64,000 bases of DNA, taken from NCBI GenBank assembly GCA_964016885.1, contig OZ024743.1, forward strand, positions 324,880,001 to 324,944,000, in the 5' to 3' direction. Numbering within the stretch: position 1 is the stretch's first letter; each line of letters starts with the position of its first letter. The notes below the pieces were generated by a model, which saw only the letters and a program-made list of their open reading frames with translations, was not told where the DNA came from and ran no database searches. This document shows, piece after piece, positions 1 through 12,856 of this stretch. This stretch comes from Eledone cirrhosa (taxonomy: Eukaryota). The position numbers were made by a program, and so were the translations under genes.

Positions 1-193
1 TAGCGTGGAAGAACAGATGTAAAACGGTGATGATGATGATGATCATCATCATCATAGAGCAGAAACTATGCAATTTGGGGGATTATTTTTTTTTTTTCTT
101 AATTATATCCCCCCTGTTTTGCTCAGGTATCTTTATCTGTCAATTTGAAGCAAGTGGCAACTAGATTAACAACATTGATTGTTTTTGTAAATA

Positions 194-232
<39 letters not shown>

Positions 233-883
233 TCCCCTGTCTTAAGAATTATTTAATAAACAAGCCTCAAGACAGGGGAAATTTGAAATCACAGTGAACC
301 TATTCATACAATAATCAGTGAGATACTGTGTTTGATGAAGTTGAACTTTTGAATTACTGGTACAATCTATCTGACATGCTAGACCAAGCGAGACCAGCAG
401 AGCTCATGGTTATTGTCCAACCATCTTGCTCGGGGTCTACCCCTGGGTCTTCTGCCAGTTGATTTAGCCCATAAATCAACTGAGTCCAGTGATTCTTTCC
501 TAAAACATTCAAACCACATGTCCATAATATTGGAGCTGTGTTCTCTCAATTCAGAGAAGTAGCAGCTCTACCTGGAGCGACTCTCTAACACTATCCCCAA
601 CAGGATTGAAACCAGATCTTCATGATTGCAAAGCAAACTTAACCATAAAGCCAAGCCTGCATTCACTTAATTTATCTTAACCCTTTTGTTACCAAACTGC
701 TTGAAACTGGCCAAGCTTCTCTGATATAAATCTGTTTATTTCAAAATGTTTATATTTATCTAAAATCTTTCCATCATAATTCTATGTAAAAAGCTTTGTT
801 GTGTTCCAAATATTAGTTAAATAACCATAATAAATCCCTCGAAAGTTTTTATTATTTTCAAAATAATTTGAAACACATAGTGT

Positions 884-1080
884 CAGACCTGCCAAGCTCT
901 AAAAACCCAAATGGGGAATATCATGAAAAAAAGGGCCCCCAAAACGGGGGGAAAATGAGGCAAAATTAGGAGATTTTACATTATGAAAGCTATACCCATT
1001 TTCACAAAAGAAGACATCTCTCACCCACCCTAAAGTTTGTGTGAGATCTCCCTGTCAGATGGGGTGAGTTGACAGGTCTG
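884..1080. mobile_element. MITE with CAGACCTG.CAA TIRs and a 6-bp TSD (TAGTGT), nested in a TTAA-flanked MITE (~678-1119)
   Basis: TIRs and TSD read directly from the sequence; second copy at 51366-51757. Confidence 0.85.
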
Positions 1081-1125
1081 TAGTGTATTCCATTAGAAAT
1101 ATGGTAAGAAAATGGTTAAACCTAC

Positions 1126-1290
1126 CTTCAGCTGTGCAATAGTTCTCTTTAGGAAGTTCGACTCATCTGCATGTTTCTTTTCCTCAACCATTCTCTGTTC
1201 AGCTGCTCTCTTCTCAATCTGTTCACATTTAGCCTTCAACTCATTCACTTGTCTTTCTAGTTCCCGTTTTTCGTTTTCTAGGGCCTCAAT
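1126..1290 (-). CDS. DNALI1: DNALI1 coding exon 5 (coiled coil): IEALENEKRELERQVNELKAKCEQIEKRAAEQRMVEEKKHADESNFLKRTIAQLK
   Basis: TAG acceptor, GTAGG donor, 165 nt in frame; the short terminal exon was not found and probably lies left of position 1. Confidence 0.95.
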
Positions 1291-2285
1291 CTACAAAATA
1301 AAGAAGTAACATACATTATTTGTTCTACACCAATCTTTAACTTCTTAACAGTTTTCATCATCACCATCATTATCATTTTACATCTACTTTCCACACTGAC
1401 ATGTGTTGGATATGTTATCATGGTCTGAGACCAGATGAGTCAGAGTGACCTCGCTTGCTTGTTACATTCTATATTTGGCATGGTTTCTATGGAAAGATTC
1501 ATTTCCTAATGCCAGGCACCTTATAGAGTGTGTTTGGTGCATTTTTTGTGACACCAACACTATTACTTAAAAGAATGTACTGGGTTCTGGTTAGATACTC
1601 TCATGGTCAGTAAAAACCTATCCAACCCTAGCTAGCAGGGAAAATGGATGTTATTCATTCCGGCACTCAGCACTTTGATTTTAAAACTTTCCGAAGTCAA
1701 CTTTGCTTTTTACCCTTTTGAAGTCAATAAGAAAGTACCCATTCAATATTATGATCAATTCTTCCTTCGTATCTATCTCTAACTTTCTCTAGAAGAAATC
1801 AGCTATGTTCAGACCTGGAGAGGGATGTGCTCCACCAGGTTTAAAAGTCTCATGAAATGTTGTATGTCAGTACGGTGCCCCTATGACTCTATAATGTGTT
1901 ACAGGCCCATACATACACACACACACACACACACAAATGTATATGTATATACACATATATATATACATATTGTAACTTAAAAAGTAAAGGGAAATACATA
2001 ATTCTGTTGGAATATTTATCAACTTGGATCCAATAGCATTCATTTAGCCAACACCACCAACATCGGGATCAACAAATAAAGTATCAGTCTAGTATCAGAG
2101 TTGATTGTTCTTCTCTCTCTGTCTATCTTTCTATCTCTCTTCTTCTGAAAGAAATTAGCTGTGTGCAAACCTGGAAAGGGGTGGTCTTTGACAAGACACA
2201 CCACACATCATAACAAAGCCCCTACAACTCTAATAGAAATTAATGGCTCAATGAATGAATCAAGCATATATATATAAATTGTTAC

Positions 2286-2464
2286 TCTTTTTTCCATATC
2301 AGTTTTTCCTTGTTCTGCTGCCAGTGCTTTCCTCATTCCAAACGCCACACTACTCTCATATAGCGTCTGGTAAGCTGCAATTGTCATTCGAATCTCATCC
2401 CGTACTCGCAACAGTAGAAGACCTCGTTCTGAGCAGTTAATTGTTACTTGACGAATCAATTCAT
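2286..2464 (-). CDS. DNALI1: DNALI1 coding exon 4: DELIRQVTINCSERGLLLLRVRDEIRMTIAAYQTLYESSVAFGMRKALAAEQGKTDMEKR
   Basis: CAG acceptor, GTAAC donor, 179 nt, phases 1/0; nearly identical to vertebrate DNALI1. Confidence 0.97.
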
Positions 2465-2497
2465 CTGAAAACATTACAAGGTAATGGAGAAGTTTAG

Positions 2498-2902
2498 AAT
2501 AACTAAGTCATCAATACACACCAATATATGAGGGAAGTCTTGATACCTATATCAAAGTCCCCAACACCAACACCAATATATGAGGGAGGATTTAAAACTA
2601 ATAACTAACTCACCAACACCAATATATGAAGAAAGTCTTGGTACTAATAACTAAGTCACCAACACTTGAAGGAAGCCTTCGTACCAATAACTAAGTCACC
2701 AACACCAACACCAATATATGAGGCAAGTCAAGTACCAATAACTAAGTCTCCAATACCAACACTAATATATGAGGGAAGTCTTGATAGCAGTAACTAAGTC
2801 ACCAACAACAATATATGAGGGAAGTCTCGGTACCAGTAACTAAGTCACCAACAATATATGAGGGAAGTCTTGGTACCAATAACTGAGTTACCAACATATG
2901 AG
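2498..2902. repeat. Degenerate ~50-57-bp minisatellite (AATAACTAAGTCACCAACACCAATATATGAGGGAAGTCTTGGTACC)
   Basis: About 8 units next to the exon 4 acceptor. Confidence 0.9.
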
Positions 2903-3087
2903 GACAAAGAATTCTTGTCATTGGAATACATTTTCCCATAGACCACAGTTTTGAAAAGTCTGTCCACTTAACAAGCTCACAAATCTATGGTACTCCCTTT
3001 GCAGACCACCAAGGGTGAAAACTATTGCTCTGCAACTTCACTCATCCTGCTAGAAATAGCAACCAATTAATTATCTATACCCTCCCA

Positions 3088-3231
3088 AGAAGAAGAAGAA
3101 GAAGGAGAAGAAGAAGAAGAAGAAGAAGAAGAAGAAGAAGAAGAAGAAGAAGAAGAAGAAGAAGAAGAAGAAGAAGAAGAAGAAGAAGAAGAAGAAGAAG
3201 AAGAAGAAGAAGACGACGACGACGACGACGA

Positions 3232-3261
<30 letters not shown>
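3088..3261. repeat. Compound (AAG)n(ACG)n microsatellite
   Basis: Read directly from the sequence. Confidence 0.98.
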
Positions 3262-3262
<1 letters not shown>

Positions 3263-3608
3263 ACCTCTGACTGTTTCAACAAGAGATGGGATGGGTCAAC
3301 ACAACGAAGCACACAAACTGTTTCATCTGTTGGACAATGTGGGAGAATTTGAACCTAAACAAGTATATATTAGAAACCAATATGTAACAAAGCAGATATT
3401 TTCTGATGGAAGGATGCTACAGAAGAGGATGACCAAGGAAGACCTGGACAGAGATGGTTAGAACTTAATCTCAAGATAATGGACTTCACAAAAGAGATGA
3501 CTAAGGAACGCTATGAGTGGAGGGAGTCTAAGCTACAAAGAACCCATCTAACTTCTGCAAATACAGAAAAGTTTTGTTAAATGATGATGATGATGTGAGG
3601 TGTCTTAC

Positions 3609-3778
3609 CAAAACATTGTGAGTAGAGTTCACGTCTGACTGGACATATGCCAGTCTCTCTTGCTTGTCTTTGTTGTAGACGGCGGTCAAGTTCTTCTTGT
3701 AGAGTGACAACATCTAACCGTGTGGCTGGAGTGCTGGACACTTGCTGTACCCAGAGTTGGCCATTTTCGGTCCATTCT
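3609..3778 (-). CDS. DNALI1: DNALI1 coding exon 3: EWTENGQLWVQQVSSTPATRLDVVTLQEELDRRLQQRQARETGICPVRRELYSQCF
   Basis: CAG/GTAAG splice sites, 170 nt, phases 2/1; highly conserved p28 core; absent from the ORF track in this frame. Confidence 0.97.
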
Positions 3779-3841
3779 CTGAAGTAATAAAACTTGTTTT
3801 ACTTTCTTTATATTTTACAGTTTTATACTTGCTATTAAGCC

Positions 3842-4175
3842 CGATCCACAGGTGAGCTCTTCTCTCTATCTTCTCCACCCTCTGACCCACAGGTGTTCTG
3901 TAGTCTCCTCCCTCTGACCCACAGGTGTACTGTAGTCTCCTCCCTCTGACCCACAGGGGAGTTATCTCCTGCCTTTCCACCCCACGACTGACAGGTGTGC
4001 TGTCTTCCTGCTCTGACCCACAGGTGTGCTCTAGTCTCCCCTCTCTCCACACTTTGACCCACATGAATGATCTCTCCTCTCTCTGACCCACAGATGTACT
4101 GTTGTATCCTCTATCTCTTCCCTCATCATACATGTGCGCATCTGTCCTCACCCTCTCTATCTTCTGAGCCACAGG
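3842..4175. repeat. ~33-bp minisatellite (CTCTGACCCACAGGTGT.CT.TAGTCTCCTCC)
   Basis: About 9 diverged units. Confidence 0.9.
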
Positions 4176-4977
4176 CCAGCAATTTTGGGGGAAGGGGAAA
4201 GTTGATTAAATTGGCTTTAGTGCATTACTGGTGCTTTATTTTATTGACCCCGTAAGGATGAAAAGCAAAGCTAACCTAGTCAGAATTTGAACTCAGAACC
4301 TTTTTGTCCAACACTCTACCGATACTGCCTAATGATGATAATAAAAATTAAAATAATAATAATAATGTTTCCACTTTTGGCACAAGGCCAGCAATTATCC
4401 CAGTGTATTACCAGTACTTTATTTTATCAACCCCGTAAAGATGAAAGGCAAAGTTAACCTCGGCGGGATTTGAACTCAGAACGTAAAGGGCTGTAACTAT
4501 CCTGCAAAGCATGGTATCTGACGTTCTACCGATACTGCCAAATAATAATAATAATAATGCTTTCTTTATGATTGGCCACAAAGGCTGCCCATAGAGGACA
4601 ATACAACGACGGGGACAGGGGGCATTTACAGGCATGCAATCAAGTAAAAAAATTAACAAAACAAATAAACAAAAAAATATCAATAGAAGGGGGGGGGACA
4701 CCACCCTGGGATGACATTAGGAACCCCACAAATACCAACCCACCCACATTTCCAAGAGCACCCTAGGAGGGCGCTCCTCTCTCCCTCTATCTTTCCAGCC
4801 TACAAAAAGAAGATGATGATGATGATGATGATGATGATGAGGAGGAGGGGGGGGGGGGTCAAGGGTGACAACGTTGAGGTTTTTAACATTAAATCTCCAG
4901 CATCAAAGCTATTCTTCCTTTCAACCTAAACCAAAACTGACTGTGAAAGTGTGGAGGAAATCTACCCTGGATTAAAA

Positions 4978-5075
4978 CCATTAAGATACCCCTAACAACA
5001 CCCATTAAGATACTCCTAACAACACCCATTAAGATACCCCTAACAACACCCATTAAGATAGCCCTAACAACCCCC
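4978..5075. repeat. 24-bp tandem repeat, 4 copies (CCATTAAGATACCCCTAACAACAC)
   Basis: Read directly from the sequence. Confidence 0.9.
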
Positions 5076-7613
5076 ATCCTACTCCTCTTCAGCACAAACC
5101 TATCACAGACTCTAATAATGTTGCCAATGGCAAATGCAGCTTCTACACTACAGAGGATGATCTTCAAAGGGTAGAGTAAATTTACAGTTAGTTTTATTAT
5201 AGTTGTACTTTGCACACACACATGTACAAACATACATACAGACACATGTATACATACACACACACAAATACATATACACACACACAGAACATATTTTTTT
5301 TTATCATCCAATTACTATGTAAATTCGTACAAACTTCATATAAGCCGTCTTTGTAATCTCCTCTTCATCCAATGGCCCTGTGGCAAATATAGGAAATCCT
5401 GCTCCTCCACATCATCATCATCCCCATCATTAAAGTCATTATTATTATTACGGAGTTGATAAAATAAAGTACCAGTCATGCACTGGGATAATTGCTGGCA
5501 TTATGCCAAAAGTAGAACAATTATTGTTATTATTACTATTTATTTTATTTTCAGCGCATTGAACAAAATGGTTTGTGCCAGATGTTCTGACTCTTTATGT
5601 TCTGAGTTTAAATCCTGCCAAGGTCAACTTTACCATTTGTCTTTTGGGGTTTGATAAAATAAAAGATCAGTCGAGTTCTGTGATCAATATAATCCACTTT
5701 CCCTTCCTCACAAAATTGTTAGGCTTATGCCTAAATTAAACATCATTTGGCTCCTGCCAAGCTTAACTTTTCCTTTCATCCTTACAGGGTCGATAAAATG
5801 CCACCTTGGCATTCTATAGAGACTTAGTAGTGGGTAAAATTGACAATATTCTTGAGGAAACCCTGGGAGTTGAAAAAAATCAACTAGCCACTCTTTTCCG
5901 AAGGACTTTTGGTCCAAAGCCCATGGATAACTTCTAGAATTCCCTGGCCTGGCATTGCTGCTGGGGAGCATTGCCAGTTTGAGACAAACTCTACAGGCAA
6001 AGAAATACCATAAGTTGGGCCTGACTGAGACGCACAGAAGGTGACAAACCCATCTTGCATGCCCTCAATCAGTCAGAGTTTTGCTGACTTGTGGGTTTAT
6101 GTTGAACACCTGCTATCAAGTGTAGTATGGATTCCGCTATCTGCTGACTTCATCGTGAAGATCGCCCCACTGCCTTCCTTTAGCTGGGAAAGAGAAGCAA
6201 TTTTCATCTGCCTGGTGGCCATGGCAAAAGAGGTATTGTGATGCATTTGAAAGGGCTAAAGACAAATATTTTCCTCTTCGACAAAGCCCTGATTAACTTT
6301 TTCAGGTTTCAATTGAAGAGAAAAATCAGGGTGGAGAGTGAAGTGCTGCTTTCCAGCCAGTTTGTTGAAAGGTGGGTAAGAGTGGCATGCATGGCCTGAG
6401 AGAATGGTCCTGTTCTGAGTAAGTGCCTATAGATTGGTAGAGGACAACTAGATGGGGGCACTTGAACTAGCGATCAAGGTGACCATGACATTTTGTGGGT
6501 TTTCTCCACGAGTAATACTCAGAGGTTTCTCTTCTTTTGGGGAATTTGTTTTGTTTGATTTTTTTAAATGTTTATTTTTTTAGTTTTTGTTATAACCTTT
6601 TTTACACACAAAAACCCTCACTGTGACACCATGTGCCATCTTTATTGTTTGCTTAATGTCAGCCCTGTGTAAAGGGACATAACTCTATTCTGCGAAGTAA
6701 CCATTATTATTGTGGATTGGCAGTATCGTTAGAGCATCGGACACCACACTTCACAGCATAGAGTTACATACCTTTACATTCTGAGTTCAAATCCTGCCAA
6801 GGTTAGCTTTGCCTTTCATCCTTACAGGGTCAATAAAATAAAGTACCAGTAATGCATTAGGGTCAATTTAATCAACTTTCTCCTCCCCCAAAATTGTTGG
6901 CCTTGTGCCTCAATCAGAAACCATAAGGGTGATGGATTAGCAGTATCAATAGAGCATTGGACAACATGCTTTAGAATATAGAGTTACAATCCTTTACATT
7001 TTGAGTTCAAATCCCGCTGAAGTTAGTTTTACCTTTCATCCTTACAGGGTCGATAAAATAAAGTACCAGTAATTCACTGGGGTCAATTTAATCAACTTTC
7101 CCCTCTCCCTAAATAGCTGGCCTTGTACCTAAATCATAAACAATCCTAATTATTAATATTAAAGTACCAGTAATGCACTGAGGTTGATTTAATCGACTTC
7201 CCCTCTCCCAAAATTGTTGGCCTTGAGCCAAAATCAGAAACCATCATTATTATTATAATCATCCTCATTATTTAACATTACATGCCTTTCAACAGCAACA
7301 GTTAATTTTTCCCATGCATCATACAACCATCAGCCCACCAATGTAATAGTGGAAGTGTTAAGGGAAGGGGCAAGGAAGATGGAAAAGAAGAAGGCTATAC
7401 AAGCACAAGAAATTCTTTCAATAAATGTCTTCTCACCCATTTTTCCAAAATTCCCACCCAACACATTTTCCTTCCTCCATCATGAGATACTTGTGATTGT
7501 TTTTGTTTGTTTTTTTATTTATTTTTATCTCCCTTCCCTTTTTTTCAGGTTTGTTTGTTATATGTATTTTTTAGGTCAAAAGTGAAAAGAAAAAGGAATT
7601 ATATATATATGAA

Positions 7614-7998
7614 GGCACATGGCTTAGTGGTTAGAGCATTGGGCTTGCAATCGAAAGGTTGTGAGTTCAATTCTCAGACCGAGTGATGTGTTGTTTCCTT
7701 GAGCAAGACACTTTATTTCACATTGCTCCAGTTTACTCAGCTGTAGAAATGAGATGATAGGACTGGTGTCCCTATCATTCCACTGTAAAGTGGTTGTGGA
7801 GGTGCCACGGCAAAAAAGCACTCAACATACACTGTAAAGTGATCGTGGAGGTGCCATGGAAAAAAAGCACCCAGCACTCACTGTAAATGAGGTTGGTGTT
7901 AGGAAGGGCATCCAGCTGTAGAAATCAAGCCAGAATCAGTTCCCGTCCCACCCTTGCAAGCAGGGAAAACTGGGCGTAAAATGATGATGATAATGATG
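7614..7998 (+). mobile_element. tRNA-head SINE with a CORE-like body and an RTE-derived 3' tail; copy at 43741-44100(-), relative at 38840-39115(-)
   Basis: GGCTTAGTGGTTAG A-box, GTTCAATTC B-box, CCTTGAGCAAGACACTT, then GGAAGGGCATCCAGCTGTAGAAA and (GAT)n. Confidence 0.85.
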
Positions 7999-8147
7999 AT
8001 ATATATCATCATCATCACCGTTTTACATCCATTCTTCCACGCTAGCATAGGTTAGACGGTTTGTCCTGTTGTGGGCAGTGTCTGGTTGGCTGACCTTGTC
8101 TTGCTCATACGGGAACTGATTCTAATTTGATTTCTACAGCTGGATGG

Positions 8148-8180
<33 letters not shown>

Positions 8181-8231
8181 ATATTATATATATATATATA
8201 TATATGTATATGTATACATATATATGTATAC

Positions 8232-8262
<31 letters not shown>

Positions 8263-8266
8263 TATA

Positions 8267-9140
8267 TTAGCCGCTAAAGGGTTCTCTCTAAAAATGAAAG
8301 GCAGGCTGTATGATGCCTGCATACGAACAGCAATGTTACATGGCAGTGAGACCTGGGCATTGTATGCAGAGGATATACGCAGACTGGAGAGGAACGAAGC
8401 TTGCATGCTCCGCTGGATGTGTAATAGTAATATACGTGAATGGCAAAGCATAAACGAACTAAGGGAAAAATTAGAAATAAGAGGGATCAGATGTTGTTTA
8501 CTCGAGAGAAGACTACGTTGGTATGGTCACGTGATGCGCATGAAAGACGACGACAGCTGTATAAAAAAAGTGCAGGGCAATAAAAATAGAAGGTAGCCAC
8601 GGAGTAGGCAGACCCAGAAAAACCTGGGACGACTTGATAAATTCCGACCTCACACACTTACACCTCTCCAAGACAATGTCACTGGACCGAGATCTTTGGC
8701 ACTACACAGTAATACAGAAGACCCGCCTTACCTAAGTACAAAGTGAAACCTACTACAGTAAGTAGGCACCTCTAACAAAATACACCCCCGTCCCACTACC
8801 CCCCACCCCATCCACACCACCCCATCCACACCACCCCTTTCAATGTAAAGTTATGTTGGTACCACAACATCCAGTCCGAAACAAATGAGGTCGTGTAGGT
8901 GTCACGACAAAAAAAACACAGTCCACGCTGTAATGTGGCCGTGTAGGTAACACGGTAAAAACCTCCCAGTCCACACTGTAAACGTGGTTGGTGTTAGGAA
9001 TGGCATCCAGCCGTAGAAAACCCGCCAGACAGTCCTATGCAAGCGAGACAACCACTCTTGCCTCAAGTGGGAAAACTCCCGTCCAAACCCATGCAAGCGT
9101 GGAAGATGGACGTTAAACAATGATGATGATGATGATGATG

Positions 9141-9141
<1 letters not shown>
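8267..9141 (+). mobile_element. RTE-like LINE 3' fragment
   Basis: LAAKGFSLKMKGRLYDAC... plus 3'UTR and (GAT)n, embedded in TA-rich microsatellite. Confidence 0.93.
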
Positions 9142-9170
<29 letters not shown>

Positions 9171-9171
<1 letters not shown>

Positions 9172-9779
9172 TGGTGGCTGCCAACTCGTTTTCGAGTACG
9201 GCCACTACTTTATATCCATGTAGGAGAACCCCTACCAATGCGCTGAACGAGTGTGACTTTTTAGCCCAGCCAGCGACTTGAAAACTCTGGTACAAACACT
9301 ACACTTGTGACAATTATTGACACATAGTGTTGGGCCCATGGTATCATGTGACGACAAGGGCAGAGAGATCTCCAGATATAAAGCAATGCCTGTGCCGTGA
9401 AGCTTCTATAGTGAGCAAAGGCACTGCACAAAGCCAGTCCCACTCTCTTAACCAAGATGATATTTACCAAAAAGAAGAACAAGTCAACATCATTGGATTC
9501 CAGCAGGGTTGCAGGTGTTATATCAGAGTTTTCCTTCTCCTAGAATTCTGCCTTGACAAAGGCTAAGGGGTCATCCCTCCCGGTGATTTTGGATGGCCAT
9601 TGACTCTTAAGACCTCCTTTACCCTTTGACAGGTTTTGTTTTTAGTCCTGTAGGATGTCCAAAGTCACCCTCCTCACCAAGAAACCTTGGTGGGGTTGCG
9701 AGTTTAGTCGCCAACAACCCAACCATGGGACAGGTTGTACTGGAATACATGTTACCAGTAGCACCAACTGGTGACCTGA
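9171..9779 (-). mobile_element. Second copy of the bipartite RTE derivative; diverged relative at 27183-27700(-)
   Basis: Reverse complement of 14470-15058. Confidence 0.8.
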
Positions 9780-9822
9780 CAAACATATATACATATATAT
9801 ATATATGTGTATATATATATAC

Positions 9823-9853
<31 letters not shown>

Positions 9854-9944
9854 TATATGTATATATATATACATATATATGTATATATATATACATATAT
9901 ATATGTATATATACATATATATATGTATATATACATATATATAT

Positions 9945-10342
9945 ATCATCATCATCATCATCGTTTAACGTCCATTTTCTACGCTAGCATGGGTTTGGAC
10001 AGGAATTGTCCCACTCGAGACAAGATTGGTTGTCTTGCTCAGGACTGTCTGGCGGGTTTTCTACGACTGGATGCCCTTCCTAACACCAACCACGTTTACA
10101 GTGTGGACTGGGAGGTTTTTACCGTGTTACCTACACGTCCACATTACAGCGTGGACTGTGTGTTTTTTGTCGTGACACCTACACGACCTCATTTGTTTCG
10201 GACTGGATGTCGTGGTACCAACATAACTTCACATTTAAGGGGGTGGTGTGGATGGGGTGGGGGTAGTGGGACGGGGGTGTATTTTGTTAGAGGTGCCTAC
10301 TGACTGTAGGTTTCGCTTGGTACTTAGGCAAGGCGGGTCTTC
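9945..10342 (-). mobile_element. RTE 3'UTR-only insertion; similar short copies at 11472-11785(-), 34640-35003(+) and 57638-57893(-)
   Basis: Near-identity to the 3'UTRs of the longer copies; (CAT)n tail. Confidence 0.9.
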
Positions 10343-12285
10343 TAAGGAGAATAAAATTTTACGATGTGTTAGTGAAAAATATCAATCTTATTTAAAACAT
10401 AAGGAATTTAGATCTATAAAAAGAAATTAAATTAATTTAATTGATAGGTATATTTATAGGGATAAATTTATATTAATTCATATAGATATGATAAATAAGA
10501 GTTAGATGTTATTAAAGAATGTTGTTAAAAACGAAGGAAAAAAAATTGGGAGGGGGGGATAAATGTATTAGTGAAAAATAAACTTATATAGATTACAAGG
10601 AATATAGATTCATAACAGGAAATTAAAATAGTTTATATGTATACTTATTGGTATAAATTTTAGGAAAAGATAGCTGTAAAAGGGAAATAAAATTATGCGG
10701 TTCTTAGTAGTAGAATATTAATTATAGGTTAACTAATTTTAAAAAAATTTTATTATAATAATTTGTAAAATATAAGTGTATATTAATTAGGTTTATAATA
10801 TTTGAAAGTTTTTCTAATTCTATGACTGCATGATATAATTAATTCTTATCGCTTATTTAATAGGATATCCTTAGATTTCATTATTTCAAAAAGTTCCTGG
10901 GAACATAATCTACATTCATATCAAAATTTGCTGTGGTTTATTTTAGTATTATGGTTAGTTTGATGTATTGGTGGTATATTCATGGTTTTTTTACATTTAT
11001 ATGCATTGTAGGCACTTATATTTTGTTGTATATTTTTGGTTGTTGAGTAGGAGAATTTGACCGTTGATCTATTTAAAATTTGATGGTATTTATGGTTTGG
11101 CAGGAAGTTTTTCTCTAGGATAGTAAAAAATTTTTTAGGTATATTATCTTTAATTTGTAGATTAAATGGAGCATTATACCAAGTAACTCATCTATTACGG
11201 TTTCGATGTTGTTTTTATTTTTATACGATGTATCCTGATGTTTACTAAGAGAATTAGTATTAGTGATTTTATTACATATATTTTTAGTTAGATTCACTGA
11301 TTTAGGTGCTTTAGCCTGATTATTAGGAATTTTGTTAGTAATGTTATTAACATATATTGGAATATTAGGATGAATGGTTTTTTGAAAGTTATTATATTGT
11401 ATATTAGAAGAGGTAGAGAAATTAAGTTTTAAGTTGGTATTTTGGGGTATAGTGTGAGTGGCATTTAGGTGTCATCATCATCATCATCGTTTAACGTCCA
11501 TCTTCCACGCTTGCATGGATTTGGACGGGAGTTTTCCCACTTGAGGTAAGAGTGGTTGTCTTGCTCGCATAGGACTGTCTGGCGGATTTTCTACGGCTGG
11601 ATGCCCTTCTTAACACCAACCACGTTTACAGTGTGGACTGGGAGGTTTTTACCGTGTTACCTACATGGCCACATTACAGCGTGGACTGTGTGTTTTTTTG
11701 TCGTGACTCCTACACGACCTCATTTGTTTCGGACTGGATGTTGTGGTACCAACATAACTTTACATTGAAAGGGGTGGTGTGGATGTATATTTCATTTGGT
11801 GTTTGTTGGTAATATTGGGTTGTATGTTTGTAGTATTATTGGTCCAAGGTATATATACTAATTTGTTTTTGTGGCCACTTCTAGCTAAAGCTTCGTTATA
11901 AAAGGTCGCATTTTTATCGAATATATCCTGGTTAGATGAACGGTTAGAAATTCTGAGTGAGATATTATATGCTAGGTTTTTAAGGATAGATTTAGGGTGA
12001 TTAGATTTTGAGTGTATGTAATGTAAGTTTTGGTTAGGTTTATGGTAAGGTTGGTAGATACCCGTAGATAAGTCTAAAGTTATATCAAGGAAATTAACTA
12101 CTTTACTTGTGTTTTCAAATGTAATAGTGAGACTATAATAGTTTTTGAGGAAAGGTCTAATAAGTTTTTTTATTTTTTTCAATTTCTGATAGGCTAAGGT
12201 TAGTGGATATTTTTCACTAACACATTTATCGTAAAATGTTATCTCCTTAGATTTTAACACTAGCATTATTCTTTAATAACATCAA
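10343..12285 (-). mobile_element. Penelope-like element remnant: RT thumb, linker and C-terminus, tandem 3' repeats and an inverted 5' repeat; interrupted by an RTE tail at 11472-11785
   Basis: VNFLDITLDL..YQPYHKPN..YIHSKSNHP..FYNEALARSGH; NHKYHQILNRSTVKFSYS; CRLCSQE..LLNKR*EL..CSH; 12205-12285 is an inverted copy of the 10343/10506 repeats. Confidence 0.85.
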
Positions 12286-12538
12286 ATTTTCGTGTACCTT
12301 TCACTGGCTTGACCTATTTTCATCCCCAAAATAATCTTTTCATTCAAAATACTCTTTCCATTCAAAACTGAAGTCTGCATTCCTCTACCCCTAAATTAAA
12401 TTTCTACTACTACTATTCTATCATCTTGACCACTTACTACCCTTCTATTGGTCAATTCAAAACCTGTTCCCAAAGAGACCTATTATATAAAATTTTTGTT
12501 GGTTTTTTTCAATAAACAAATATCATTATTTCTGAATA

Positions 12539-12724
12539 GGCGGTGGATTGGCAGTATTGGTAAAGTGTCGGATGCCATGCTTTGGCGCATAGAGTTACGG
12601 CCCTTGCCATTCTGAGTTCAAATCCCGCCGAGGTTAACTTTGCCTTTCATCCTTATGGGGTCGATAAAATAAAGTACCAGTAATACACTGGGTAATTGCT
12701 GGTCTTGTGCCTAACGTAGAAACA
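12539..12724 (+). mobile_element. tRNA-derived SINE with a Nin/Deu-type core; other copies at ~4170-4540(-, two), 6713-7142(+, two), 28277-28560(+), 30200-30410(+), 40035-40220(-), 51464-51644(-), 54520-54700(+), 60105-60196(-), 63560-63815(-) and 63955-64000(+)
   Basis: A/B-box-like head, then GCCTTTCATCCTT..GGGTCGATAAAATAAAGTACCAG; TSD ATTATTTCTGAA at this copy. Confidence 0.85.
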
Positions 12725-12856
12725 ATTATTTCTGAAGACAGCATATATGTGTAGGTATGTATATTCCCTCTGATAGTTTGTAAAACTTTTACATAGATCT
12801 ATATGATATACATACCAACACTAACATATATATCCTAGAAACGATCGTAAAATGAT
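12725..12856 (+). ncRNA. Type-I hammerhead ribozyme with a ~100-nt extended helix II
   Basis: ATTATTT-CTGAAGA(12732)...GAAAC-GATC-GTA^AAATGAT; helix II arms (AGCATATATGT..GGTATGTATAT and ATATACATACC..ACATATATATCCT) are complementary. Confidence 0.72.

Noticed and set aside
231-300. 13-bp hairpin followed by GAAA
   Set aside because: May be a truncated hammerhead helix II, but CUGANGA is absent (a TA run lies there); cannot be supported
1-1125. Terminal DNALI1 exon (AQLEGIIAPKK-like)
   Set aside because: No matching exon with an acceptor found; probably outside the window
3025-3461. Poly-R/S/T ORFs and the many YIYI, HTHT and poly-H/V ORFs elsewhere
   Set aside because: Translations of microsatellites
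3714-4172. 152-aa ORF
   Set aside because: Read-through of a 33-bp minisatellite overlapping DNALI1 exon 3 in the wrong frame
5940-6520. Complex sequence, possibly coding
   Set aside because: No recognisable motif or sustained frame; probably an old element remnant and unassignable without a database search
7614-7685. tRNA gene
   Set aside because: tRNA-like A/B boxes are a SINE head continuing into a repeat body; no full cloverleaf
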